Assembly: GCF_048593235.1 (NCBI RefSeq)
Contig: NC_133619.1
Location: 655,419,744-655,483,743, forward strand
Source of the DNA: Sminthopsis crassicaudata
Lineage: Eukaryota
Direction of reading: 5' to 3'
DNA length: 64,000 nt
Part shown: in pieces, positions 22,026 through 33,244 of the stretch
Layout of the letters: the number at the start of each line of letters is the position of its first letter
Position numbering within the stretch: the first letter of the stretch is position 1
Notes under the pieces: model-generated
What the model was told of the DNA's origin: nothing
What the model saw: the letters and a program-made list of their open reading frames with translations, nothing else
The model's database searches: none
Position numbers and translations under genes: made by a program

Positions 22026-23845
22026 TGGGTACAACCACGTCCTCCTTCTCCTTCTCTTCCACCATCTCCTCCTCTCTTCCTTATCTCGCTTGTGCACACC
22101 TTGACACAGACTAGGAGGGGAGTGGGTCTCCACTGTATACATATATTGGAGAAGGATGAGGTGTGGTACCTAGCCCTGTGCACCTGGACAAGCTGCCTCT
22201 TTCTCCCTCCTCCTCTTCCTCCTGTTCCTCCTCCTCCACTATCTCTTCCTTCTCCACCATCTCCTGCAGGAGGAGGAGATGGTGGAAAAGGAGGAGTAAG
22301 AGAAGGAGGAGAAGGAGGAAGTGAGGAGGAGGAGGAGGAGGAAGAGGAGGAGGATGGTGGAGAATTAGGAGATGATGGAGGAAAAGGATGAGGTGATGGT
22401 ACCTAGCTCTGTGCACCTGGACAAGCTGCCTCTTTCTTCCTCCTCCTCTTCCTCCTGTTCCTCCTCCTCCACTATCTCCTGCAGGAGGAGGAGATGGTGG
22501 AAAAANNNNNNNNNNNNNNNNNNNNNNNNNNNNNNNNNNNNNNNNNNNNNNNNNNNNNNNNNNNNNNNNNNNNNNNNNNNNNNNNNNNNNNNNNNNNNNN
22601 NNNNNNNNNNNNNNNNNNNNNNNNNNNNNNNNNNNNNNNNNNNNNNNNNNNNNNNNNNNNNNNNNNNNNNNNNNNNNNNNNNNNNTTGTCCAGGTGCACA
22701 GAGCTAGGTACCATCACCTCATCCTTTTCCTCCACACATCTCCTCCTCTACCTCCTCCTCCTCCTCCTCACCCACCATCTCCTCTACCATCACCTCATCC
22801 TTCTCCTCCACTATCTCCTCCTTTTTCCACTATCTCCTCCACCTCCTTCTTCAACACCTCCTCCTTCTCTTCACCATCTGCTCCTTCTCCACCATCTCCT
22901 CCTCTTCTTCCTCCTCCTCTACCTCCTCCTCCTCCTTCTCCACCATCTCCTCCTCCTCTTCCTCCCCCATGTCCTTCTCACTCCTCCTCCTCCACCATCT
23001 CCTCCACTTCCTTCTTCAACACCTCCTCCTCTTCCACCATCTGCTCCTTCGTCCACCATCTCCTTCTGTTCTTCCTCTTCTCCTTCTCCGCCTCCTCCTT
23101 GACCATCTCTTCTCCTCCCTCCATGATCTCGTTCTCCTCCTCCTTCTCCTCTCCTCGTCCTCCATCACCTCCTTGGTTCTCTACCATCTCCACCCCCTTC
23201 TCCTTTTCCTCCACCATCTCCTCCTCCTCCTCCTGACCTCCTCCTCCTCCTCCTCCTCCTCCTCCTCCTAATCTTTCTTCATTCTCCCTCATTTACCATC
23301 TCCTCCTCCTCACTTCTCCATGTCCTTGTCCTCCTCCACCTCCTCCTCTTCCACCTCCTCCTCCTCCTCCTCTTCCCTCTTCCTCCTCCTCCCCTCATTT
23401 TCCTCCACCATCTTCTCCATCTCCACCATCTCCTCCTTCTCCACCATCTCTTCTAGAAGGAAGATGGTGGAGGAGAAGGATGAGGTGGTGGTACCTAGCT
23501 CTGTGCACCTGGACAAGCTGCCTCTTTCTCCCTCCTCCTCCTCCTCCTCTTCCCTCCTGCTCCTCCTCTTCCACCATCTCCTCCACCACCACCTCTACCT
23601 TCTCCTCCACAATCTCCTCTTTTTCCTCCTCCTCTATCACCTCTTCCTTCTCCACCATCTCCTCCTCCTCCTGTTAAACATCCTCCTCCTTCTCTTCCTC
23701 CATTTCCTCCTAATCCTCCTTCTCTTCCTCCTCCTCCTCCTCCTCCTCCTCCTCCTCCTCCTCCTCCTCCTCCTCTCCTCTTCTTTCTCCTCCTCTTTCT
23801 CCTCCACTATCCCCTCCTTTTCCACCATCTCCTCCACCTCCTGCT
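22026..23845. repeat. Compound TCC/GGA minisatellite with a ~50-bp spacer motif and strand inversions
   Basis: Spacer ggatgaggtg.tggtacctagctctgtgcacctggacaagctgcctctttct at ~22155, ~22386, ~23478; inverted at 22686 and 16835. Confidence 0.9.
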
Positions 23846-23989
23846 CTACAAAGCTGAATTATCTTAGTATCATCGGAAAAGATCTAGATGATCTCAAAGA
23901 TAAATTTTACTTTTAACACCATGATCCTATTCTGGACAGTCCCTGTCCTCGGAGCCTTGCATTCTGCTCTTTAGTCCACAGACTTTATT

Positions 23990-24480
23990 TTCTTATTACC
24001 GGCCATTTGAGTCCTGTGGATTCTGCTTCCTCAGGGTCTCTAGCATCCATTGCCTTCTTTCCACTAGTGCTACCACCATCTTACAGCAGCCCCCAGGAAC
24101 CGCTGGCCTAAAGGGGCAGATCTGATGGTTTCCTTTCTGGTCTTCTCCCCTCCCTCCAGCCTCCATCATCCCCAAGTCACCCATGTATCCGCCACATAAT
24201 CTGCTCCTGCACGAATCTAGCCACATTCTTCCTCTGCTCAAAAGCCTAGCTTGCCTTGCCTCTTCCTCCAGGAAGCTTGATTTGCTTTCACAATTGGTAC
24301 CAACTTGCCCATTGGACTTTTCCAGGCAGTCTCTCTAACATATACATTATGTGACACTGTGCATTGTTCTTAATCTATGTATGTATATCACTCCCTCAAT
24401 AGCCTGTGGACTTACTATGTCTCATCTAAATTTAGGGCTCCCCTAAGCCTGGCACTGGGCTCTGCACACAGTAGGTGCTA
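23990..24480 (+). mobile_element. LINE-2 3' relic
   Basis: L2-like ...cacattcttcctctgctcaaaagcc... ending in cacacagtaggtgct. Confidence 0.5.
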
Positions 24481-26689
24481 GATATTCGATATTTTAATTT
24501 GAGAGTGAAGATGACGAGGAGGCTGTGAGCATGAAGAACAGAGAGAAGTCGTGAAAGGATTTCGCCTCATTGGGTTTTGGAAGTGTCTGCGAAAAAATAC
24601 GACAGAAGAGGAAATGAGTAGAATCCATGAATTTCTTGACTCAGAGTTCATCTAAGGACTCGAGCAATGGTGCTCATGAAATGGAAGTGCGTGCGTTCTT
24701 GGCACAGAAGCAGCAGAGAGGACGGAGCTCCTCGGCCCTCCAGAATATGTTAGCAGTGGGCGGAGGCTGCCGGCTCCCACTGGGAAGTTCTGAGGCTTTT
24801 TCTTTCTAAAACTTCTCCTTCTATGAGAGAAAACTGAAACTAGCAGACCCGAGATGGCCGGTAATGGGATTTTGCTTTGATGATGTCTTTCTAGCTCTGT
24901 GTCCAAGAGCGGTATTTTATGTGGAGGAGGGACTTAAATATTTATCAGCTTAATTTGATTTGAATTCCTTAATCTACCATCTGGTCCGTAGAATCTCAGT
25001 GCAAAACAATCCTTTCACAGTGGGCTTGCCAACAGGAACATTATGCCCATGGAGGTAAACACCACATGCTTCCTTGGTGCACCAGGGAAGAGATGAGCTT
25101 GGGATTGCCTTCTGGGAATTGTTGCATATGTCTCCCTGAAATCTATTGGTTAAGCAAGCCCAGTGTCTTTTCTGCAGCCATCCCTTGGGCTGTAACTAAG
25201 GTGAACCCTTGTCCTTTGCCCTAGGGTACCACAATGTAGAAGGGGCACTTATAGTCTTTAACTTTAGAGATCCAACTGAACTTAGCATTGACTTGATGGT
25301 TCTGTGATTTCACTGATTTGGAAGAAACATGACAGTCTATTCATACCCACATGATCTGGGTGATTCTGACTCGTGTTCTTCCATAGGTCCACTTCAGGGG
25401 CAGTAGCCAACAGACTGGGGGGCTTCCTCACCTACTTTTGACCAAGGGATACTGTGGACAAAACACCGATCCCCATATGACCTTCCCGATAACGACCCTC
25501 TGCGCTCGTAGCTAGTCTGGCCCTCAGACAAGAGCCTCCCCTACAGAAGCTCGGTTGGAGCTACTAGATATGGGCTTGACCGATATGCGCAGAATCACAG
25601 ACTCTGTGAGGTGAGACATCCACTGTTCTCTGTCCTGGAAAGACAAGAGGACTGTGCCCAATGAGGGAATAGTTTAAGAAAAATTCTGACAAGTTAAAGA
25701 ATGTCTACAAAAGGGAAAGCAGAATAGTAAGAGAACTGGAAACCCAGTGCTTTATAAGGGGAATAAACAAACTGGGAATCTTTACTCTGGTGAAGAGAAG
25801 GTTTTGAACAGACATGATAGCTATCATAAAGAGTATGAGGATCTGTCACTTAAAGCGATTATCCCTTTTCTCAGAAAACAGAACCAGGGAGTTGTGGGTA
25901 GTGACTATAAAGAGGAGGGCATGGGCTTCATGTCAGAAAAACAGACAAACAAATCAGTTTTGAGTTGATCAAAACAACAGTTTTGAGCTGAATCAAAATA
26001 ACAAAATCAATTTCTCAGAAGGGGTTGGACTGCCTTGGGAGAAAGGTTCTCCCTCCTTGGGAGAATTTTAACCAAGGTTGCACAGCCATTTTCTGGGGAT
26101 ATTATCTGGTTATGGGTTAGATCCACGGGTGGTCCGGGAAATGTTTTGCAATTGAGTCTTTGGAAAAGATTCAAAACAAACCTTTTGCAAGTCAAGCTCT
26201 GCTTTGTAGCATCAACTTATCTTGAAAATTTGACAGCTGGCTNNNNNNNNNNNNNNNNNNNNNNNNNNNNNNNNNNNNNNNNNNNNNNNNNNNNNNNNNN
26301 NNNNNNNNNNNNNNNNNNNNNNNNNNNNNNNNNNNNNNNNNNNNNNNNNNNNNNNNNNNNNNNNNNNNNNNNNNNNNNNNNNNNNNNNNNNNCTATCTCC
26401 CTTTCTCTCTCCTTCTTTCTCCTTCCTTCCTTTCTTCCTCACTTGCTTGCTTCCTCCTTCATAATATTGGTACTTGGGATGGCAAAACTACAGATGATCT
26501 AGCTCCCAACTGATCAGGATTGGGAGAAGAGAGCTTGGGATGCTTGTCAATAGGACTCGCGACACTGCGGTTGCCCTACAGATCTGCCCCCCATACTTAT
26601 GAAAATGTCAGAGGATTTGCCATCTTGCAGCACTGCCAGTGTGCCGGCTAGGACTCAGAGCTCTGTGTCTCCCCATTTGGAGTCTGGGG

Positions 26690-27020
26690 CAGTCTTCTTT
26701 TCTCCCTTTTTTCTTTGATTTGCTCCATTGTGTTTGCTATATTTTGGGAAGAAGGAACATTTAGGAGCATAATAATGGTGACGTAGCCCCATCTTGGTAA
26801 AGGGCCATTTTTCTAGGAAGCTCAGCCCACTCTCTGGACAATATCTCATTAATCTCACAAAAGATGATGCTCGCAGTTAATCTTCTCTTTCCTAATTGTT
26901 TCTTGGAAGAAATGAAGTTGGACTCGCTTAGCAAATTTAAAGCACAGCGTCCATTGTGCTTTTTGTGGTGGGTTAGAGAATCCACTGGTGGGGGGCAATT
27001 GGGGGGCATCTCTGGGCAGC
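26690..27020 (-). pseudogene. Possible degenerate HMG-box (TCF/LEF-like) relic
   Basis: Minus-strand translation INEILSREWAEL vs recalled TCF/LEF INQILGRRWHAL, preceded by HHKKH/MDAVL and followed by FPKYS plus a basic tail in another frame; stops and frameshifts present. Confidence 0.3.
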
Positions 27021-27963
27021 AAACTTGAGACAAAGAAGCAGAGGAGACAGTCTTCCAGAGCTGGCTCAAACCTGGGCCTCCACTGGTCGTCAGGGGGACC
27101 CGGATGAGTTGCTTAGAGCCACTGGGCGCTTAGAATATAGCACAAAGAAGGCCAGACCTGGGAGTGGGGGCTCGTAGAGCAGAAAAACGGAGACTCTCAG
27201 AGCTGGAAAGGGATTTGGAATATCAGTCAGAGAAGTTCAGAATTGGGAGAAATCTCAGCACACAGAACATGGAGCAGCCATACTGGGGGGATCTGAACAA
27301 CTTGGAACATCAGTGAGGAACCCCAGCAAAGGGAACCCAGATGGTGGAGCTGCCGGGCCCCAGAGACCTTTTAGCCCACTGGCCTCACTATGGAACGGAG
27401 GTTCCTGGGCTCCAGGGTGAAGAAATGATTTGGCCAAAGCCACGGCCAAGCCTCGGGATCTGAGAAGGAGGGAGGAACAGGGATCTGGCTCCTTAAATGA
27501 AAAGCTCATCAGCTCTTGCTCACAGCAACAATGAACCCAGCTGCAAATGCTGGGCTGCTTAAATAGGCAAAAATGGAAATTGCCATCCCAGAGACCACAG
27601 CCCGAATTTCTGCCCCTTGTCCATTTTTAGCCGCTTACAGCTCCGGCTGCTCTCGGGAAGCCCTCGAGGCCTTTCCTCCAGAGGTCATAGGTTCCCACCT
27701 GCCCTGAGCTGAGAGACCCTCCTGTCTGCTGTAGATCTTCTGAGGGCCAGGAGCAGGACAGGAGTCAGGCCAGCTGGGGGGCAGTTTCTTTGGCTGGCAT
27801 TTCTCTGAGTCTCCCTTTGGTATTATCTTGCCTCCTTTCTGGAGATTTGGGGCCCTGACCTTCAGCCCCCCGTCCACGTATCCCACTCTCCAAGTTCACC
27901 GAGCCTTCCTGTCTTTGTTCACTTTAGCCTGGAATGCCCTCCTCTTGGTGAATCCCAGCTCCC

Positions 27964-28194
27964 CTATTAACAGTTATTGCCTTGTCCTGCCTCTTACAGC
28001 TAAAATTTAGAGAGGAGTTCAGGCCCTGACCTGACAGCTACTGCAGGGAGCTCTCCAATGTCCTGGAATCCTTACAGTAGGTGTTGTAGATGTGAAATTA
28101 CAGGGTAGTGTTAGGGAACAGTCGAAGGTCTCTGTTGATTTCCTCCATGGCAAACATCAAGGCCGGAACCTGCTGGTAATTTTTGGTCAGCCAC
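27964..28194 (-). pseudogene. Vomeronasal type-2 receptor (V2R) exon-2 relic, truncated copy
   Basis: Acceptor cctgcag|GTGG; translation WLTKNYQQVPALMFAMEEINRD..FPN...FHIYN...TLESSLQ with in-frame stops; paralog of 31624-31853. Confidence 0.85.
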
Positions 28195-28545
28195 CTGCAG
28201 GAGTGGGGAGCAGAACAGAAGCTAGCAACAAGTGCCATAGAACTCATGGACTTTAAAGAGACTCATTCTAAGATGAGATTATAGGATCTAGAGGTCAGGC
28301 AGCCTGATATGTATCACATTTCCCCCCTTCATTATTAACCCGCCTGAAAGTTTGAGTGTAGATAATTAGTGGGGGAATTCTTGGCAATGACCCTGGCATG
28401 TAGTGAGCACATAACAAATGCTTATTGACTGACTGATCGCCTGGGAGATCTGAGGAAATGACCCAGAAATCAGCATGAGTAACAAGGAAACTTTCTTAAA
28501 GAGCTCAATTAGAATTTAAGCACAATGGGGCCCATTTTTAGAAAA

Positions 28546-29322
28546 CAAGATGATTGGAATGGGCCAGAACTCCAGAACTTCTGGAGAAGTGTACTTGAAA
28601 CAAAGATTCTTCCAAAAGGAGTTAACATTCAGAAGAAGATGGATATCTAGTTTAGCATGGTGATAAATAGTTCTCTGGTTCAGTATGATTGAATTAATCT
28701 TATGACATATAATGGTTTCTTGGTGATATAATGATAGGCTTATACTGAGTATGATGAATGGATTAAATTGTAATAGAGTATTTAAGAGGTCACACAATGC
28801 AGTGGCCTCTCAGTCAGAGAGGTCACAGAACAACTGCCTCTCAGTCTCCTTGTATCATCCTCTCACAAGAGATGTATTCCAGCAGCCACTGTCAGGTGAC
28901 TCCAGTGTATTCCAACAAATGATGAATTTTGATTTATTTATTTTCCATGATTAGCAAGTTATGCATAAATGACTGACAGATTCACAAGCAACTATCCTTT
29001 CTTGATACCATGTTAGCCCATAAATTCAAAAGAATAATAAAATGAAAGAAATGTTTTGGGGCTACTTCCAAATCAGGATTCATCTATGTTGACTTTCCAT
29101 TTGCCCTTTAACTGATCCCAATCAAATCCCATAATACCCACAAAACCCTTCCATTGTTTATCAAAATTGAGGGAAACTACTGCTGCCCTCTAACCTTTAC
29201 CTCACAGTCTAGTGGGCCTTTCCAGAGAGAAGACATCACCAGTATGGTTGATTCTAGAGAAAGACATGCAGGCTGGGGGCAGCAAGATCAGTCCCTTTCC
29301 AGAAAGGGAAGCAAGAAGACAG
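28546..29322 (+). repeat. Segmental duplication copy of 2749-3535
   Basis: Direct sequence comparison. Confidence 0.93.
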
Positions 29323-29334
29323 TACCTTCAAGTA

Positions 29335-31230
29335 TACTTCTCCAAAGTCCAGCCCGCTCCATCCGCTGTCTTTGCCTGGGAGGAGCAGTCCCCCGCGCCT
29401 GAGAGGAGCAGTCCCCAGGCCCGGTCTTTATTTGTGGCTGAGAGGGCCCTGGGCCTTGGTTCTCGGTGGGTGTCTCTTCTTGACATCCTGGGACTGCTGC
29501 ACCTCTCCCACGCTTTCTCTTCTGACATCACCCTCTTGCTCCCGCTTGTCCCGTGTCCCATCCCCTCGGGGTGTGGGCGAGAGTGGGGTTGGAAAAGCAC
29601 CCGAGCCATGGAGGTGGAGATCCTTCCCACAGCCAAGAAGATAGATAAGATAATGCAGAACAAGAACGCGGCCGGGGCACTGGATTTACTAAAGGAACTT
29701 CAAGACGTTCCCATGACTCTGGAATTATTGAGGTCCACAAAAATTGGAATATCGGTAAATACTGTAGGAAGCAGAGCACAGATGAAGAAGTCACATCATT
29801 AGCCAAGTCTCTCGTCACACGCTGGAAGAAGTCGGTCTCTGGGCCCTCCAAGACTGAAGAAACCAAAAAAGGGACCTGCTCACTCTTCCCAATGCAGGCC
29901 TGAGGCAAAACGAGAAAGGAGCTGCAGGAGCAAAGCAAAGGAAGAGACAAAGGCTTCTGATTCCTTCATTAAAGCTTTCCCCCGGGCACCAAGCACTTCA
30001 GATTCGGTTCCCATCAAGTGCCGGGAGTTGCTTGCTGCAGCCCTCAGAACTGGAGGTGACTACTTCGCTATTGGCGCCGATGTAGAAGAACTGGGCGCTC
30101 AGATTGAGGAAGCTGCATATCAGGAGATACGGAACAGGGACATGAAGTATCAAAACAGGCTACGAAGGAGAACAGCAAATCTCAAGGATGCAAAGAAGCC
30201 AAACTTAAGGAAAAACGTACTGTGTGGGAACATACCTCCAGATTCCTTTGCTAGAATGACTGCAGTCGAAATGGCTAGTGAAGAACTTAAAGAGATGCGC
30301 AGAAACCTGACCAAAGAAGCTATTAGAATACATCAAATGGCCCGGACGGGTGGGACCCAAACGGACCTATTTCGATGTGGCAAATGTAACAAGAAGAACG
30401 GTACCTAGACCCAGTTTCACACCCTAAGTCCTTATGAACCTATGACAACATATGTTTTCTGTAACGAATGTGGAAATAGATGGAAGTTGGTTTAGAAGAA
30501 GAAATTCGCCAGATACCTGGACACTTACAAAGGAAGATTTTGAATTAGCTTTAAAAACTAAGTCAAGAATCTAGTTTCCCTGCAAATGAGATTTTGTAAA
30601 GCAGAAAAAATCCTCGGGGTTAGTTTTTGTTTTTGTTTTTGTATTCTCTTGAAAACATTCTTAGAGAGTCAGTGTTAGGTCAGATAGGGTATGGTGTATG
30701 GTGTATGTTTAAAACTTTTTTTTCCCATTTTGATAACGAAGTCAACATTAAAGTTTTATCAATTTCAACTGTTGGTAACTTGTTTCTTTTTCTTCCAAAT
30801 GGGAAATCAACTTTAACTTTTTTTTTTTTAATCTGAAACATACACAAAAACGATTTTGCTTCTCTGTTCATGTGAAAGTGGAATTTGCATTTGTTTCTGT
30901 ACTGCCATGTTCCTACTTTATTAAAGGAGAAGAAAGATTAGTGTAATTTTGGGATTGCCAAATGTAGTGTGGTAAAGAAATCATATTTGGACAGCTGATC
31001 TAGTTTGTAGATACCATTTTCAACGAGTCTCTCCCTTTGATCATAAGGACTGTTAATAAGCCTTAGTGATTAGATATCCTTTTGCATCTGTGACTACCTG
31101 TGACCAATTGCAATTCTTGTACTTCTTTACTCTAAATTACTGCTCTTAATAGATCTTCCATGGGGGAAATTGATTTTAAATAAATTGTTTGTTAAAAGTG
31201 ATCAATTGTCCTTTTTTCTTTGTTTGATAG
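29335..31230 (+). pseudogene. TCEA1: TCEA1 (TFIIS) processed pseudogene; CDS homology 29608-30495 plus UTRs
   Basis: [27 protein letters not shown]; [25 protein letters not shown]; [41 protein letters not shown]; EPMTT.V.CNECGNRWK. No introns; frameshift near 29770 and a premature TAG at 30406. Confidence 0.95.
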
Positions 31231-31558
31231 CAGATTTTAAATTCAAATGTTAAATTTAAATTAAAAAATTTAAATTTAAACTTAAAAAAATCCTTAAGCT
31301 TGTTTTCTGTGTGATTTTGGGCAAGTCAATTAATTTCTCTCAGCTACAATTTCTTGAACAGTGAAAGGAAGAATAATAACGGCACTTACCTCCCAACATA
31401 CTTCTTAAGGTCAAATGCTGTATTTTAAAGCTCTTAGAACACGTATAGCACATAGTCAGCACAAAATAAAAGTATGGTTTCTTCCCTTTATCTTGTTTGA
31501 TTTTGGATATGTTTCCTTTAAAAAAAAAAAAGGGGTACAAATTGTCACAGACTCTTAT

Positions 31559-31853
31559 CTGTGGGAATCTGTAGAGCTCCAGTAGTGTCCCTATCTGGAC
31601 AGAAAGAGCAGACATGGCTCCTTCAATAATAGCTATTACCTTGTCCTGCCTCTCACAGCTAAAATTTGGAGTGGAGGTCAGGCCCTGATCTGACAGCCAC
31701 TGCAGGGAGCTCTCCAATGTCCTGCAATCCTCATAGTAGGTGTTGTAGATGTGAAACAACTGGGTAATGTTAGGGAAGAGCCGAGGGTCTCTGTTGATCT
31801 TCTCCACACAAAACATCAGGGCCAGAAGCTGCAAGTAATTTTTGTACAGCCAC
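31559..31853 (-). pseudogene. V2R exon-2 relic, full-length exon with mutated donor
   Basis: ORF 31340..31834: LLALMFCVEKINRDPRLFPNI...FHIYNTY...TLESSLQWLS...NFSCERQDK..AIIEGA.SALSVQIGTLLELYRFPQ. Donor reads CAG|ATAAGA instead of GT; no other V2R exons seen nearby. Confidence 0.88.
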
Positions 31854-32764
31854 CTGCAGGAGTGGGGAGCAGATCAGAAGCTAGCAACAAGTTGCACAGA
31901 ACTCAAGAACTTCAAAGAGACTCATTCTAAGATTAGATTATAGGGTCCAGAGCTCAGGCAGCCGGATATGTATCACAAACACCTCCTTTTTACATCAATT
32001 ACCCCCTTCATTATTAACCCGCCTGAAAGTTTGAGTGTAGATAATTGGTGGGGGAAATCTTGGCAATGTCCCTGGCAGGTACTAAGCACATAACAAATGC
32101 TTATTGACTGACTCATCTCCTGTGAGATGTGAGGAACTGACCCAGAAATCAGCATGAGTAACAAGGAAACTTTCTTAAAGAGCTCAATTAGAATTTCAGC
32201 ACAATGGGGCCCATTTTTAGAAAACAGCCTTCTGTTTCTGTTCAAGGAAACTGTGTAGAGAGCATTGACAAGGTTATGAAAAGCTTGTGATTTTAGGAGA
32301 TCACTGAACTTTTAAAAACTGTGCAGGTCATATGTCCTTGTTTTTCTCTAGAAAAAGAATTGGATCTAGAGGAATGGGAATGAGTAGGGAGAGGAATTAA
32401 GTGAACACTACAATTCCAAACCAAACTTAATTTCCAAAGATACACTTCATACCTACAATTTCATCCAAGTGACTTTAGTAATTTTAGATGAAAGAAAAAG
32501 ATGAGACTATTGTAGGATTTTAAAACTTGCAGCAATTTATTGGATTTCTGGCACATGAACTAATGGACAATGGGCTTATGGACATGTATAAATTCTCAAT
32601 TTATGATTATTTCATCATGTTATTTGTTACATCACTTCTAGCATGTGTCATGATACTATGCCTTCACGTAATTTCTGTAATTATAGGTAATACCTCCCAT
32701 ATTGATGGATTTAGGTTTCAAAGTCATGACCACCCTATGCTCTAAATCAAAAGAAAAGGGGAGA

Positions 32765-33207
32765 TGTTAGGTCCTTAGCAGGAGCTAAGTCGGTCCTTAA
32801 CAATTCTCTAGCTCAGGGTTTACATCTTTAGTTCACACCTTGAAAAGGAGTTTCCACCTTTAGACTTCTGAAAAGGAGTTTAGCCCTTTAAAAGGAGCAA
32901 GCTCATTGGTTGTAGGAGTTCCCACAGGCCCCTGGGAGTACCCACAATCCCCTTCTCTGGGAGGATAAAAGGAGAAGGCAGTTGGTAAGGAAGCAGTCTG
33001 GAGTGGGTTAAGGACAAGACTTCCCAGGAGAACTTCAGGGAAGCTCGAGGAGATTCAGAGCCAGGATTGAGGAAGAAGAGGATTCCAGATTCAACCTCTG
33101 CTCTGGCTGGAGGCTCCAGAAGAAGCCTGCTCGGGGAGAAAAGGATTTCAAGAAAAGAAACCTCCTCCCAGAGAAGGATTTTAATTGACGGACAAGAGAA
33201 CACTACA
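32765..33207 (+). mobile_element. Solo ERV LTR (TG...CA), directly upstream of the T-box ORF
   Basis: Begins tgttaggtccttagc and ends gagaacactaca; internal ATTGG and GATAAAAGG; resembles a marsupial LTR family from memory; no clear TSD. Confidence 0.75.
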
Positions 33208-33244
33208 GACCGGCCCTAAGGAGGACGGGGCCAGTCCAGCAGCG

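Noticed and set aside
22694-23916. Poly-Glu, poly-Leu, poly-Pro and poly-Arg ORFs
   Set aside because: Translations of the TCC/GGA minisatellite; no coding signals.
25400-25620. CpG-containing stretch ending in a GTGAG donor-like site
   Set aside because: Stops in all frames examined and no recognisable homology.
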